A stretch of 64,000 nucleotides of DNA. It comes from a virus. The notes under the pieces are model-generated. The model ran no database searches, was not told the DNA's origin, and saw nothing but the letters and a program-made list of their open reading frames with translations. This document shows positions 45,320 to 55,198 of this stretch, one piece after another; within the stretch, counting starts at the first letter, position 1, and each line of letters begins with the position of its first letter. A program made the position numbers and the translations under genes. Location of the stretch: IMG/VR virus record IMGVR_UViG_3300002916_000001, positions 11,566 to 75,565 of that record, one strand, 5' to 3'.

Positions 45320-46414
45320 CTATCCCTGCAAATCTTTGACTGCCTGGACAATCTTTGCCTTCAGTACTGTGTTCTCTGAAGCCAGTGCGTTTTGTTGGAG
45401 TGCGGCGATTTGCTTCTTGAGCACATCGATCTGTCCTTGCTGATCGGAGACGCGAGGGTCTTGCCCAATGCCTTGGTCAATGTGACCAAGGTAGAATTGT
45501 CCCGTAGCACCGGGTGGATGGTCATTTGCGCGCGTTTCATCAAAAACGAGCACGACTCGTTCGAACCTTTGATAGACTACTCCAGGATTGCCGGGAACTC
45601 CAATAGGTCCGCTTATGGGCAATCCCATGTAACTGAGCCCACACAGCCCGCTATTGCCAAATGTCCGGTAGAATGTGAGTCCCCCGTGGTCTATCGTGTA
45701 GCCTGTTTGCTTACATCGCCACGCAGTATCATCGCCTTCGAAAAACTGCGAGATTACTGGATTATCCAATCCAATCATCATAGGTTGTTCCTCCTGTGGT
45801 TGTTGTGGCTTGACGCCTAAGAAAACATTGGCATCGACGGTTCCTGCAATTCCAGGGATATTTGTAGCTTTATCCGTGTATTGCAGTAATTCGTATTTTG
45901 TCCAAGGTGGCGGACAAGCCGGTCGTGCATCCGGTGTGAAATGCCAATCGGCTAGCCAGAGCGGATACTTTGCGAGGCGTGGATCTTGCAATCTCTGCTG
46001 GGCGTAGTAGCTAGATGCGTAGATACCCGGAAGCTTCCCACCATAATTGGCTTCCTGCTGAGCAAGCCAAGCGTACGCCCATCCGCTTGTAGATTGACTT
46101 ACGCTCTCTTCAAGATCTAGGAGAAGCAGGTCTTGTGGTCTAACATTGCCTACTACCTGCCTTTGCCAATTGGCTTCTGCAACGCCGCTATTGTACTGCG
46201 GATACGAATAATGGTAGTACAGTATGCAGTCAATACCAGCACTTAACGCGCCTGCTCTATACGCGTCAAAATGACCATCCTTATAGCCGTTGCCGTAGCT
46301 TGATCGCAGCGCAACACGACTTACACCGTCACTGCTAGCTGACCATGCCTTATACGCACGCCAATCTACATTTAATGGTTGATGTTCTGATATATCGATA
46401 AATTGCGGTGCCAC
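45320..46414 (-). CDS. GH25 endolysin
   Basis: IDISEHQ, YHY, LDLEE, LWLA, QYT, VDANV. Confidence 0.9.
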   Translation of the reverse strand: MAPQFIDISEHQPLNVDWRAYKAWSASSDGVSRVALRSSYGNGYKDGHFDAYRAGALSAGIDCILYYHYSYPQYNSGVAEANWQRQVVGNVRPQDLLLLDLEESVSQSTSGWAYAWLAQQEANYGGKLPGIYASSYYAQQRLQDPRLAKYPLWLADWHFTPDARPACPPPWTKYELLQYTDKATNIPGIAGTVDANVFLGVKPQQPQEEQPMMIGLDNPVISQFFEGDDTAWRCKQTGYTIDHGGLTFYRTFGNSGLCGLSYMGLPISGPIGVPGNPGVVYQRFERVVLVFDETRANDHPPGATGQFYLGHIDQGIGQDPRVSDQQGQIDVLKKQIAALQQNALASENTVLKAKIVQAVKDLQG

Positions 46415-46427
46415 TACTCGCCTCCCT

Positions 46428-46610
46428 CTAATGCACTAATTTCAGCACAATGAACACAACGTCCGCCACGATTGCAATGACTGCCAGGATAAGCACAATG
46501 ACCCCAAGGGCATTGTGACGATCAGCAGAGTACGGACTCCCTGCCAACCAAAGCAGGATGACAAACAGATTAAGAATAGAAAGGAAATCGAATGTTATGA
46601 AAATGCTCAT
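46428..46610 (-). CDS. small 2-TM protein (possible holin)
   Basis: Two hydrophobic helices upstream of the endolysin. Confidence 0.55.
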   Translation of the reverse strand: MSIFITFDFLSILNLFVILLWLAGSPYSADRHNALGVIVLILAVIAIVADVVFIVLKLVH

Positions 46611-46620
46611 AGCGCCCTCC

Positions 46621-46962
46621 TCAAATCTTGCGGATGCCGATGGTTACCGGCGCTGCATCGTCGTAGACCAGCGATCCAATCGTTGTACCTACAAAGATCT
46701 CAAAGATCTCGGTGCCTGGCTCATTGGATGCCAATGCATAGGCCGTGGCTAGATCATTGGCGTGCAGGGTGTACACAACTTGCCCCGTGGCCGCATTGCC
46801 TGCCCCGAATGATCCTTGCCCCGTTGCCTTGAGCAGCGTTGTTACACTGCGAAAGATCAAGGTAAACGTCGCGCCCGCAAAGCCTGGCGGCACATTTCCC
46901 TGCTTGTCCTTGATCGTGAATGTCCACGGTGGTCCCGTCGTCGTTGTAAGAAAAGTCTGCAC
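46621..46962 (-). CDS. BppU-N-like tail protein
   Basis: FTIKD.QG...GAT..L...ATGQVVYTL..NDL. Confidence 0.5.
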   Translation of the reverse strand: MQTFLTTTTGPPWTFTIKDKQGNVPPGFAGATFTLIFRSVTTLLKATGQGSFGAGNAATGQVVYTLHANDLATAYALASNEPGTEIFEIFVGTTIGSLVYDDAAPVTIGIRKI

Positions 46963-46971
46963 ATGTCCTCC

Positions 46972-47340
46972 TCAGGATGTTTTTACGTTGAATCCAGTGC
47001 TCTGCACAGTTACGTTGAAATCACCGATTGGAATGGATAGATTAAATGAGACAGATGGTACCAATGCGCCGCCACTAAGACTGGCAAGAAGCGTGCTATA
47101 TGCTGCAAATGTGACAGAGAGTGCAGTCTGCAAGGAAAACACACCGGATATCGATGCGTTGCCAGTGAGTGTCGCTGCAAGCGCAGTGGATATGCTCACG
47201 GTCCCTACTAGCGTTCCTTGCCCCGCCACGGTCACTGCAAGAGAGACTTGTCCTGAGCTTTTGCTTACAGCATTCCCAAAAGCCATGTACAAAGTAGCTA
47301 TAAATGGTTAACCCGTCTGAGTTGTAAAATATGTGTCCAT
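46972..47340 (-). pseudogene. tail-associated beta-rich protein with an in-frame TAA at codon 11
   Basis: GGAGG+ATG at 47340 is in frame with the 46972..47292 ORF but interrupted by TAA (47308-47310). Confidence 0.45.
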
Positions 47341-47347
47341 AACCCTC

Positions 47348-49897
47348 CTATGCGATAATTTCAGTAAAATGTCCGTCTGGAATGATTGCAGAAAACTGAC
47401 CGTCTGGGATAATTGCAGCAAAGGGTACAGTAAGGCCTTGTACAGGACTCACGACAACGACACGCAGTACAATTGTTCTAACTCGCTGTGTGTGTATCGG
47501 TGTCCTGAGTAGAGTAGAGCGGTTTTGCTGCGTGCGAGTGCGTGCGCGGACGGACACGGATAGCGTGCGCGAAGTCCGCACTGGAAGCCTCGTGACCACA
47601 CTCTTGCCCTCTTGCGTTGAGATCTGCGTCCTCATGGCAGTAGAGTGCGTTCGCAGAGTTTTAACAGGGAGCCTGAGAACGACCATACGTGTGGCAAGCG
47701 TACGCGTCGCAATACGAATTTGGGTAGAGAGTGTGTGTTGAGTCCCGAGCAAGAGCCTCACCGGCGTGCTTTTGGCGGCGTGAGATGCTACTCTCACGCG
47801 AATAGGAGCCGTCTTGCTCTGCACCGTCCTAACTACAGTCCTAAGCTGCGTCGAAGCAGTCTTGAGCGTCCTTGTGGCAATCCTGATTACCGTAGAGCGG
47901 CTTTGCAACGTGCGAACCGCCGCTCGTATCTTGAGCGAGACACTTACTGTCGTACCAGTCGTTGTGGTGATGACACGTAAAACAACAGTTCTCGTGGTAA
48001 GTGTGCGAACTACCGTTCGTGTTTGCGTGCTTTTCGTGGTTTGTGTTGCAATGGCTGCTCTGATTGGAGTCGATTTATTTACGAGCGTCCTGACTACAGC
48101 TCTTAGCTGAGCAGCTTTCGTTACGCCTCTCACAACTGCCCTCAGAACTGTAGACCTCGTAGCTAGTGTGCGAACTACTGCTCTCAGAACTGTAGACCTC
48201 GTAGCTAGTGTGCGAACTACTGCTCTCAGCATGGTTGACTTTGTGATGCGCGTCCGCACAAGCGCTCTAATCTGGGTGACGAGCGTCACGCCACGAACCA
48301 CTATCCTCAGGGGAGTTGACTTGGTTACCTGAGTGCGAACAGGCACGCGGGTAACGAGGCTCTTTGTAGCAGGAGTTCTGACTACCGTTCTGAGTTGAGC
48401 CGAGCGCGTTGCCAGACTTGCGACCACAGCACGCAATGAGGCCGACTTTGTGGCAAGTGTTCGTACAACGGTCCTTAGAGGAGTAGATAGCGTTCTGAGT
48501 GTTCTGACAACGGTCCTGAGCACGGTAGATCGTGTAGCCAGCGTGCGGATGACGGCTCTCAGTTTTGAGACGAACGTAATACCACGTATCACAGCACGCA
48601 ACACGGTAGATTTAGTAACTTTTGTTCTAACTGGTGTGCGTACACTGGTAGAGCGCGTGGTCTTCGTGGCGACAACGTTTCTGATCGAAGTGGATTTAGT
48701 GACTTGCGTCCTGACAGGAGTTCTCAGTTTGGTAGAGACGGTACTAAGAGTGCGAACAACTGTACGCAATTTTGTAGATACAGTACTGAGTGTACGGACA
48801 ACTGAGCGTATAGCAGTAGATTTGGTAACTTTTGTGGCTATACGTGTGCGTATAGCAGTAGATTTTGTGTTTAGGGTTATAATTGACCCGACAGAATAGA
48901 ACGTGCTGGGGGATGATTGATTGTTGTATGAGGTCGTATCCCAACCCGCAGAACGCGCTGTATTCGAGATCCGTACTTCATCGATAGAGCCTTTAAAGAA
49001 GATCGACGAAATAAGATCATCACGGGCACCAATCTTTGCGGCATTGGTACTCGTTGCAATCGTCGTCGAGAGCGTACCTGAGCCATTTGCAGCGCCATCA
49101 AGATAGTGTGTCACGGTTGTGCCACTCATCACAACCGTGACTTTGTGCCATGCACCTGTTCCTGGTGCCGTTGTTCCTGCGACATTTGCAAATGTTGAAC
49201 CATTACCACGTATGAGCTGCATTTTCCCTGTTGTTTGCTCAACATAAAATTCGTACTCATTGCCAACGCCGTTGGTCGTTTTTGCTAGAATCATATTATA
49301 GTTGGTATAATCTGTAGCCTTAATCCATGCCTCTATTGTTATATCTCCTGTGATTTGCAAATTAGATGCATTTGGGATATTCACATATTGACTTGATCCA
49401 CTGAAAGCAGCAGCTCCATCTATTTCCCCTGTTGTTGCTGTTGTTCCATTATTTGTCCCATTATTTGCATTTGAGGTTGAATCTGCAACAGAAAGTGTTG
49501 TTCCATTTCCAAGATGCCACACGCCCTTATAATTACTATCCCACACACCTGTCTTATTCTCTTGAGATGTAGATATTGATGCATTGTTGAAATACATATA
49601 AATAGTAGTATCTGCGGTATGGGAAGCTGTAGGAATACGAACATGCATCTCAATTTCGCCAGTTGTCGCGACGTAGTTCTCTATTTCATGGTCAAGCTTT
49701 GTTGTTTCTGTGCTGTCCACAAATACGATATCGAATCCACTACTGTTCTGAACCTTCCCGCCGTTAGCTACCGTCTTGAGATTGGCATCAGTGCGCGAAA
49801 CGAGCAGAGGGAAGTTGGATTGGTCTGCTGTGCTTATTTTAGTGTGGTCGATCTGGATTTGCTTCTTACAGAGATAGCTCTGGTTCCACCAGCTCAT
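47348..49897 (-). CDS. tail fiber/adhesin: DUF2341 + LamG + R/T/V-rich 14-aa repeats
   Basis: NFPLLV..DI.F..LDHEIE..VRIP; ITIEAWIK; IDEVRISN; tandem repeats. Confidence 0.75.
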   Translation of the reverse strand: MSWWNQSYLCKKQIQIDHTKISTADQSNFPLLVSRTDANLKTVANGGKVQNSSGFDIVFVDSTETTKLDHEIENYVATTGEIEMHVRIPTASHTADTTIYMYFNNASISTSQENKTGVWDSNYKGVWHLGNGTTLSVADSTSNANNGTNNGTTATTGEIDGAAAFSGSSQYVNIPNASNLQITGDITIEAWIKATDYTNYNMILAKTTNGVGNEYEFYVEQTTGKMQLIRGNGSTFANVAGTTAPGTGAWHKVTVVMSGTTVTHYLDGAANGSGTLSTTIATSTNAAKIGARDDLISSIFFKGSIDEVRISNTARSAGWDTTSYNNQSSPSTFYSVGSIITLNTKSTAIRTRIATKVTKSTAIRSVVRTLSTVSTKLRTVVRTLSTVSTKLRTPVRTQVTKSTSIRNVVATKTTRSTSVRTPVRTKVTKSTVLRAVIRGITFVSKLRAVIRTLATRSTVLRTVVRTLRTLSTPLRTVVRTLATKSASLRAVVASLATRSAQLRTVVRTPATKSLVTRVPVRTQVTKSTPLRIVVRGVTLVTQIRALVRTRITKSTMLRAVVRTLATRSTVLRAVVRTLATRSTVLRAVVRGVTKAAQLRAVVRTLVNKSTPIRAAIATQTTKSTQTRTVVRTLTTRTVVLRVITTTTGTTVSVSLKIRAAVRTLQSRSTVIRIATRTLKTASTQLRTVVRTVQSKTAPIRVRVASHAAKSTPVRLLLGTQHTLSTQIRIATRTLATRMVVLRLPVKTLRTHSTAMRTQISTQEGKSVVTRLPVRTSRTLSVSVRARTRTQQNRSTLLRTPIHTQRVRTIVLRVVVVSPVQGLTVPFAAIIPDGQFSAIIPDGHFTEIIA
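48141..48229. repeat. perfect 42-bp tandem duplication within the repeat domain
   Basis: CTCAGAACTGTAGACCTCGTAGCTAGTGTGCGAACTACTGCT twice. Confidence 0.9.
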
Positions 49898-49928
49898 AAA
49901 GCCGCCTCTCTTGCGTATTTTGCTTGTG

Positions 49929-50480
49929 TTATATCCTCACATCCATGGCTTTCAAATTCAAAGGTCCGATTGGAATAACACCTTCTCTCCAAGCACGAAA
50001 GTCCCGTACTGAGTTGTGTCCTCTGATCACAGCTTTCTTCTCAGCATCCCACAGCATATCTACATACAGGTTCTGGTCTTGATAGTCCCACAGCGCGAAT
50101 GTGCATGCTCCAGAGTCCTTATCTACCACAGCACCGATCGCCTGTAAGTTCTTGAGCTTCTCTCCTGTCAGGAGTGCCGATGTGCCACGTGAGAACTGAA
50201 AGCCTGTATACGGCTCGCCAACGTGTGTGCGTGCTATGCCTTGTGGTGTGTGCAGGTGGATCTCTTTAACTCTTGCAATGTCTCCTGAGTCTATCAAGTC
50301 CTCTTTCCACTCAAGTCTTCTCACAAGGTATTGTTTGTTAGGGCCTCGCAAGGTGGGGATTTCAATAGACTTCTCATCAAGCTCAGACCAGACCTTACCC
50401 GATGACATACGAACCGACCAGTACGATTCTCCTGCCATCATGACTCGGAGTCCTGTGAGTTTCTCTTTGATTGCGTTCAT
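49929..50480 (-). CDS. hypothetical protein
   Basis: RBS AGGAG. Confidence 0.6.
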   Translation of the reverse strand: MNAIKEKLTGLRVMMAGESYWSVRMSSGKVWSELDEKSIEIPTLRGPNKQYLVRRLEWKEDLIDSGDIARVKEIHLHTPQGIARTHVGEPYTGFQFSRGTSALLTGEKLKNLQAIGAVVDKDSGACTFALWDYQDQNLYVDMLWDAEKKAVIRGHNSVRDFRAWREGVIPIGPLNLKAMDVRI

Positions 50481-50589
50481 TTAGTGCTCCTATTATACTA
50501 TAATTGATCTAAAATCGACTTGAGGGTACATCGGCATTTGACAGGCGTGGAGTAGAATAACCACTCAATGCCTGCCATGCCTGCACTGT

Positions 50590-51600
50590 CTAAATCCACG
50601 TGTACTGCCAGCCAAGTACGGGAAGCAGAGTGCCGCCCGTTAATCCGGCAGGTATATATAAAACCATCAGGAAATACCACAAACCCGCTGTTACTGCTTG
50701 AGGAATGCCTCCATTCTGTATATATTGTGTGGCTGCCTGAAGTGACTGCCATGTAGAAAGCCATGCGGCTGACCCAGGAGATACAGCACCTGCTGTTCCT
50801 GATGTGGCAGCAAGTGTACCAGCAGCATTCGCGCTAGGCGTCTGTTGTACGCCACCCGATGTGAGCCCTTGCCCATAGGCATTGGCTTTTAGCGCACTTG
50901 TGCTAGAGGTTTCTCCACTTGTCCCATTGATGATCGATGATCCGTCACCGCCTACCGTTGCGCTGTTTTGAGTCCCAGGACTAGCCGCTGGTAAAGTGTT
51001 GTCCTTCCAGGCTGAGATAATCGGAGCCGAATTGTACGTGCCTGTGTTATCCCAGTTGATACGAAATTGCAGGTAGTGAGCTGTGGTCCCGTCATAGTTG
51101 GTGACAACTAATCCTGTAGTATCCGCACTAAAGGCATACATTTTGTCGATAAGTGTTGTGCCACTAGCAGGTTTCAGGATGCTTGGCCATGAGGCACTAG
51201 CTGTACTGGTAGTCTGCGAGCCACTTGAAAGAGCAGCACGAAGTTCATATCCAGCAGACCCGAAAAGCACATCAGTCCAGGTAGCAGTGCCTGATCCCTC
51301 CCCTGCTGGCGATGTGCCTGTATTTGCTTGCAATTTACATTTTGTTACTCACCTTAAAGGTGGGATTGGTCATTTCTGCCAATCTCCTTACATTCCTGCA
51401 AGGACCAGACTGTAGCCTCATCCTATCGTCACTGATAGGAGCCTCTCACTCAGTCGTTACGCGTGCCTCTCACATCTTTGTGTAGCTTCGCTCGGGGTTA
51501 CCCACTTATCTCAGTTGGGGCTTTCCCCGACTCCAGAGAGGTTATTCGACAGGAATTACTTCCTGAAGCCCCTAACGTCAAGGGTAGTAAAATCTGACAA
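50590..51600 (-). CDS. virion structural protein, spliced (exons 51600-51581 and 51337-50590)
   Basis: Spliced N-terminus MSDFTTLKLQANTG; RBS AAGGAG. Confidence 0.75.
51338..51580 (-). ncRNA. group I intron, 243 nt, no ORF
   Basis: P1 CCCU|U..AGGGG with U.G at the 5' splice site; R element GUAACGACUGAG and S element GCUACAGUCUG (P7); terminal omega-G; removal restores the frame. Confidence 0.9.
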
Positions 51601-51723
51601 TTTTTACTCCTTTTGCATGTAATAATTATTGACGCTTTACGAGGTTCATGTTATAATCAAGGAGTTGTCTAGCATCCGCTCTCTATCTTCTGATAGGGAG
51701 CATTTATTATTCCCTGTTGCTCC

Positions 51724-51936
51724 CTATTCAACATGTTGCCATGTATGTGCAGTGCGGTCTGCACTATAGGGAACTTTCTCAAAATGCTCAGACGTGCCAT
51801 CAATGGACACTTCAAGATCAGCATCCTCGTCATCCAAGCCTCTGATAGCCGCTGTGTGCGTACGTCCATCTTCAGCTGTATACCGAACTTGTGAATTAAG
51901 GAATGTCTTTTCCCCGTTAATAATGGAATCTGCCAT
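51724..51936 (-). CDS. hypothetical protein
   Basis: RBS AAGGAGG. Confidence 0.65.
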   Translation of the reverse strand: MADSIINGEKTFLNSQVRYTAEDGRTHTAAIRGLDDEDADLEVSIDGTSEHFEKVPYSADRTAHTWQHVE

Positions 51937-52177
51937 GTGATACCTCCTTTTATGTTATTGCCAGCCTAGAAGCTATTACTGTTGAAAGGCTGTATTAAGA
52001 CTTGATGAAAATGATTCGTTGCATTCTCAATCTGTTCCGGTTACCACGTGAGACCTTGGACGCGGAATCTGTACACGCACAAATCCATACGTGGTAAAGT
52101 AAACAGCTTGCTGAATAAGCCATTTGAGCTCAAAGAGCCTCGGATTTCCAGCTCAAAAAAATTATTGGACAAGACGT

Positions 52178-52570
52178 CTAGTGTTCTCCCTGCCTTGCCT
52201 CTGCGTCTTCTTTGTTTGCCAGTGCTATTTGCAATGCTTGCCCTGCCGCATCCTTGTCTGCACGGATAGCATCGAGGGCAGCATCCGCGTCTGCCTTGAC
52301 CTCAGTGCCCGTGGCGATGACAGCGCGTATACGTTGCCTCCCTTCGAGTCTCCTTGCCTCCTGCAATGACTTCTCAGCCTGACCATGCACCTCATTGGCT
52401 TGCCGTGCTTGTGCAAGGATACTGCTTTGCTTTGCGCCGTTTTCATTGAGCGTGCCCAGCAGCGTGCGACGCAGGTCCTCGATCCTCTCGATCTCAGCGC
52501 TCGCATTGCTATGCATTGTGTGCAGTGATGCCTCTGGCAGGTCTGGCAGAGGTCTCTCGTTGCGTGGCAT
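52178..52570 (-). CDS. coiled-coil hypothetical protein
   Basis: RBS AGGAG. Confidence 0.6.
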   Translation of the reverse strand: MPRNERPLPDLPEASLHTMHSNASAEIERIEDLRRTLLGTLNENGAKQSSILAQARQANEVHGQAEKSLQEARRLEGRQRIRAVIATGTEVKADADAALDAIRADKDAAGQALQIALANKEDAEARQGEH

Positions 52571-52579
52571 TGCGTGCTC

Positions 52580-53125
52580 CTAAATGATGTAGCCAAAGAT
52601 GTACCAGTCTTGCAGAACCATGTTACTGGTAATTGCCTTGACGGTGATCTGTCCGCCTGCACTAAGCGGCGCGATGGCAAAGGCCTGGCAGTATGTATTT
52701 TGCGGCCCTTGTGCCGTCACGTTCGCATAAATCCCTGCCGTCGCGCCCGTCGGATAAATTTGGACAGATCCACCTTGCGCAGAGGAAGAAAAAAGTCCAA
52801 CCTGCAGTAATACGCCCAGTGCGCCCGTTGGCACCCCTGTTGCGCCACCAGTGCATGTCAAGTTCGTCGTAGCGTTGGCGTTGACCGTCGGGTTCGTCGT
52901 CAAGTGATACGGCGTCCCAAGAAAGATCGTGCTATTCATGACGTTGCTGCCTTTACTGAAACCTACCGCTGTTATGATGCCCGACCCATTCGTCACGATA
53001 TTTCCGCTGTCATTATTCACCCCGTTTGTTTTCAAGCTATTCAAACTTGACATGACATCAGGGGCATTTATAGTAGTTCCGTTGACCAAGCTCGTTATGG
53101 TCGCGCCTGTTATACCCGATGGCAT
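52580..53125 (-). CDS. tail-associated protein
   Basis: Gly/Thr-rich, GVPTGALGVLL motif; tail operon. Confidence 0.6.
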   Translation of the reverse strand: MPSGITGATITSLVNGTTINAPDVMSSLNSLKTNGVNNDSGNIVTNGSGIITAVGFSKGSNVMNSTIFLGTPYHLTTNPTVNANATTNLTCTGGATGVPTGALGVLLQVGLFSSSAQGGSVQIYPTGATAGIYANVTAQGPQNTYCQAFAIAPLSAGGQITVKAITSNMVLQDWYIFGYII

Positions 53126-53143
53126 TTATTTACCTCCTATGCA

Positions 53144-55198
53144 TTAATTAACCAAAGTCGCTTCTTGCACGCGAAGTTCAAGGTCGAACAGTGCGCGAGA
53201 CAACGTAGGTGCACGAGCGCCTAATTCCAATGTGCAAGAAAAATAATCGTACTGAACGGAAGCAATGACCACTACTTGGTTAAATATGCTTCCTACACTT
53301 GAAGACCATGTTGCTTGTCCCCAAACGGATACTCCCCAGATAGCTTGTGTCGTTGGTGCACCCCAAGTATCACGTCCCCAAACTGCCGATCCCCACGTCG
53401 CACCAGTGCCCACCGTGGAAGTCGATGGTGCTCTGACATCAAGGATCTTCACTGTCTGTCCCACCTGGAACATCTCGATGTCGTAGCCAAGGCCTGTCTG
53501 CGGGGAGCCACGATAGTCAGGGACCTTGACCTTGGCACGCACGGTTTCTCGATTCATCTGATCTAGCAAGCCGTTCGCAATGACCTGTGCTATGTCGTTT
53601 GATGTGATACGGGTGTCAGTCTTGAGGTAGATCCGCTGTCCGATGGCTGCAATGCTGACGGCATCGAATGCAGTGGCTTTCACGGAGCCCGCGCCCTGCA
53701 CCACGATGACGTTCTTGCGAGGAACATTGCTTATGCCGTATTCGATGGAGCTGATGTCTTGTCCAAGGAGCAGGGTATGCGTGGGATCGCTCGGAATGCT
53801 GCCCAGGAAGATGGTTTTGTCCTGATTCGGGCGATAGAAGATATTCGCAGTGTTCATTGACCTCACGGTCTCGAGCGCGGCTATCAGCTTCTGATTCTGG
53901 AACGGGAATGCTGCCTGCTGCCCCGTTGTGGTCAGGCTCCCCGGGGCCATCGTGTACGGGTCTCCGTATGGCTTGCCAGTGAGCGCATCAACGACATTCA
54001 CCGAGGCACCAGTGCTATCGGTGTAACTGCCAGTGAAAAATGCACGAAAAATTGCACCGCTATCGATGTACGTCGAGGCAGTCCCAGGCGTGCCAACGTT
54101 CACAGTGCTGGTGATCCCATGGTCTCCCAAGACTTGGCTGTACGGCGTGACCGTGACTTCAACGCTTTCCCCGCCGTTCTCATCGAGTTTCGGTGAAATT
54201 TCATCGATAATTCCTTGAAACTTCAAAAGCCCACTTGATATGATACCTGCACCATATATCCACCATTGCACGATATTGCCGCTGACGATCGTGTTCTTGC
54301 TCCCTGGCTGACCTGCACCGTCGAAAGCGTCGATAGCACGGGGCAATGTGAATTTCACCGTGTCGGCAGCGCTGTTTATGTTCTCCTTGCAACTGAGGTA
54401 TGGAGCATCTCTAATAGTGTCCAGGAAAAGTCCGGTAGAGTCGTAAACTTTTACAATTTGGCACTTCGTGTAGAAGGTATCATAAGATGAGGACATCGCT
54501 GAATAGATGCCTGCATTGTAGTGAGCAAGGATACGCGTCGCGCTGAGGGCTGTAGAGTAGAATGCAACCTCGTCGATTGCGCCAGGAACATAGTCGTTGG
54601 TGTAGGAAGGATTGCGCCCTATATCGTAGGCAAATGTGCCTGTTGCAAGGGTAAGGCTAGGTGTATTCTGGGCAATGTTTTGTCCATTCAGGTAGAGGAT
54701 TGCTGTCGTCCCATCGTACGTCACTGCAACGTGATACCATACTCCGATGAGAAGTTGCCCCCCCCCGCTGATCGTGATGGAACTCCCTGTAAAGCCCAGG
54801 TTGGCGAAGACGCCACCGCTGCCACCGGCATTAATGCCGATTTCAACGCCCTTCTTCGAGGACCCAACGTTATCATTGGCAATTGGACGCGGATAGGAGG
54901 TAAACGTGATACTAGTGAGCTTGAACCAGCATTCAACCGTGACGTTAGCCCCCTGAGTCACTGAAGCAGGGACATCAATGTAGCCAGTGCCGCCTCCAGT
55001 GTTATTTCCATCGAAAAGCATGGCGGTGTCAAGGTCCTTCACAATGGCTCCCTTGATGCCAGGAACCACAGTGCCATTGATGATTGCATCGCGTACATTG
55101 CCGCTGGCATCGTAGGCAGTGCTTCCCGATGCCTCTCCGAGCCTGTAGTAGCCTATTGGGCTATCTGCAAGAACGGCATTTGAATAGTTACTACTCAT
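53144..55198 (-). CDS. tail tip/baseplate hub protein with N-terminal LamG domain
   Basis: YYRLGEASG...TVECWFK...WYHVAVTYDG...IDEVAFY; downstream of Dit. Confidence 0.75.
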   Translation of the reverse strand: MSSNYSNAVLADSPIGYYRLGEASGSTAYDASGNVRDAIINGTVVPGIKGAIVKDLDTAMLFDGNNTGGGTGYIDVPASVTQGANVTVECWFKLTSITFTSYPRPIANDNVGSSKKGVEIGINAGGSGGVFANLGFTGSSITISGGGQLLIGVWYHVAVTYDGTTAILYLNGQNIAQNTPSLTLATGTFAYDIGRNPSYTNDYVPGAIDEVAFYSTALSATRILAHYNAGIYSAMSSSYDTFYTKCQIVKVYDSTGLFLDTIRDAPYLSCKENINSAADTVKFTLPRAIDAFDGAGQPGSKNTIVSGNIVQWWIYGAGIISSGLLKFQGIIDEISPKLDENGGESVEVTVTPYSQVLGDHGITSTVNVGTPGTASTYIDSGAIFRAFFTGSYTDSTGASVNVVDALTGKPYGDPYTMAPGSLTTTGQQAAFPFQNQKLIAALETVRSMNTANIFYRPNQDKTIFLGSIPSDPTHTLLLGQDISSIEYGISNVPRKNVIVVQGAGSVKATAFDAVSIAAIGQRIYLKTDTRITSNDIAQVIANGLLDQMNRETVRAKVKVPDYRGSPQTGLGYDIEMFQVGQTVKILDVRAPSTSTVGTGATWGSAVWGRDTWGAPTTQAIWGVSVWGQATWSSSVGSIFNQVVVIASVQYDYFSCTLELGARAPTLSRALFDLELRVQEATLVN

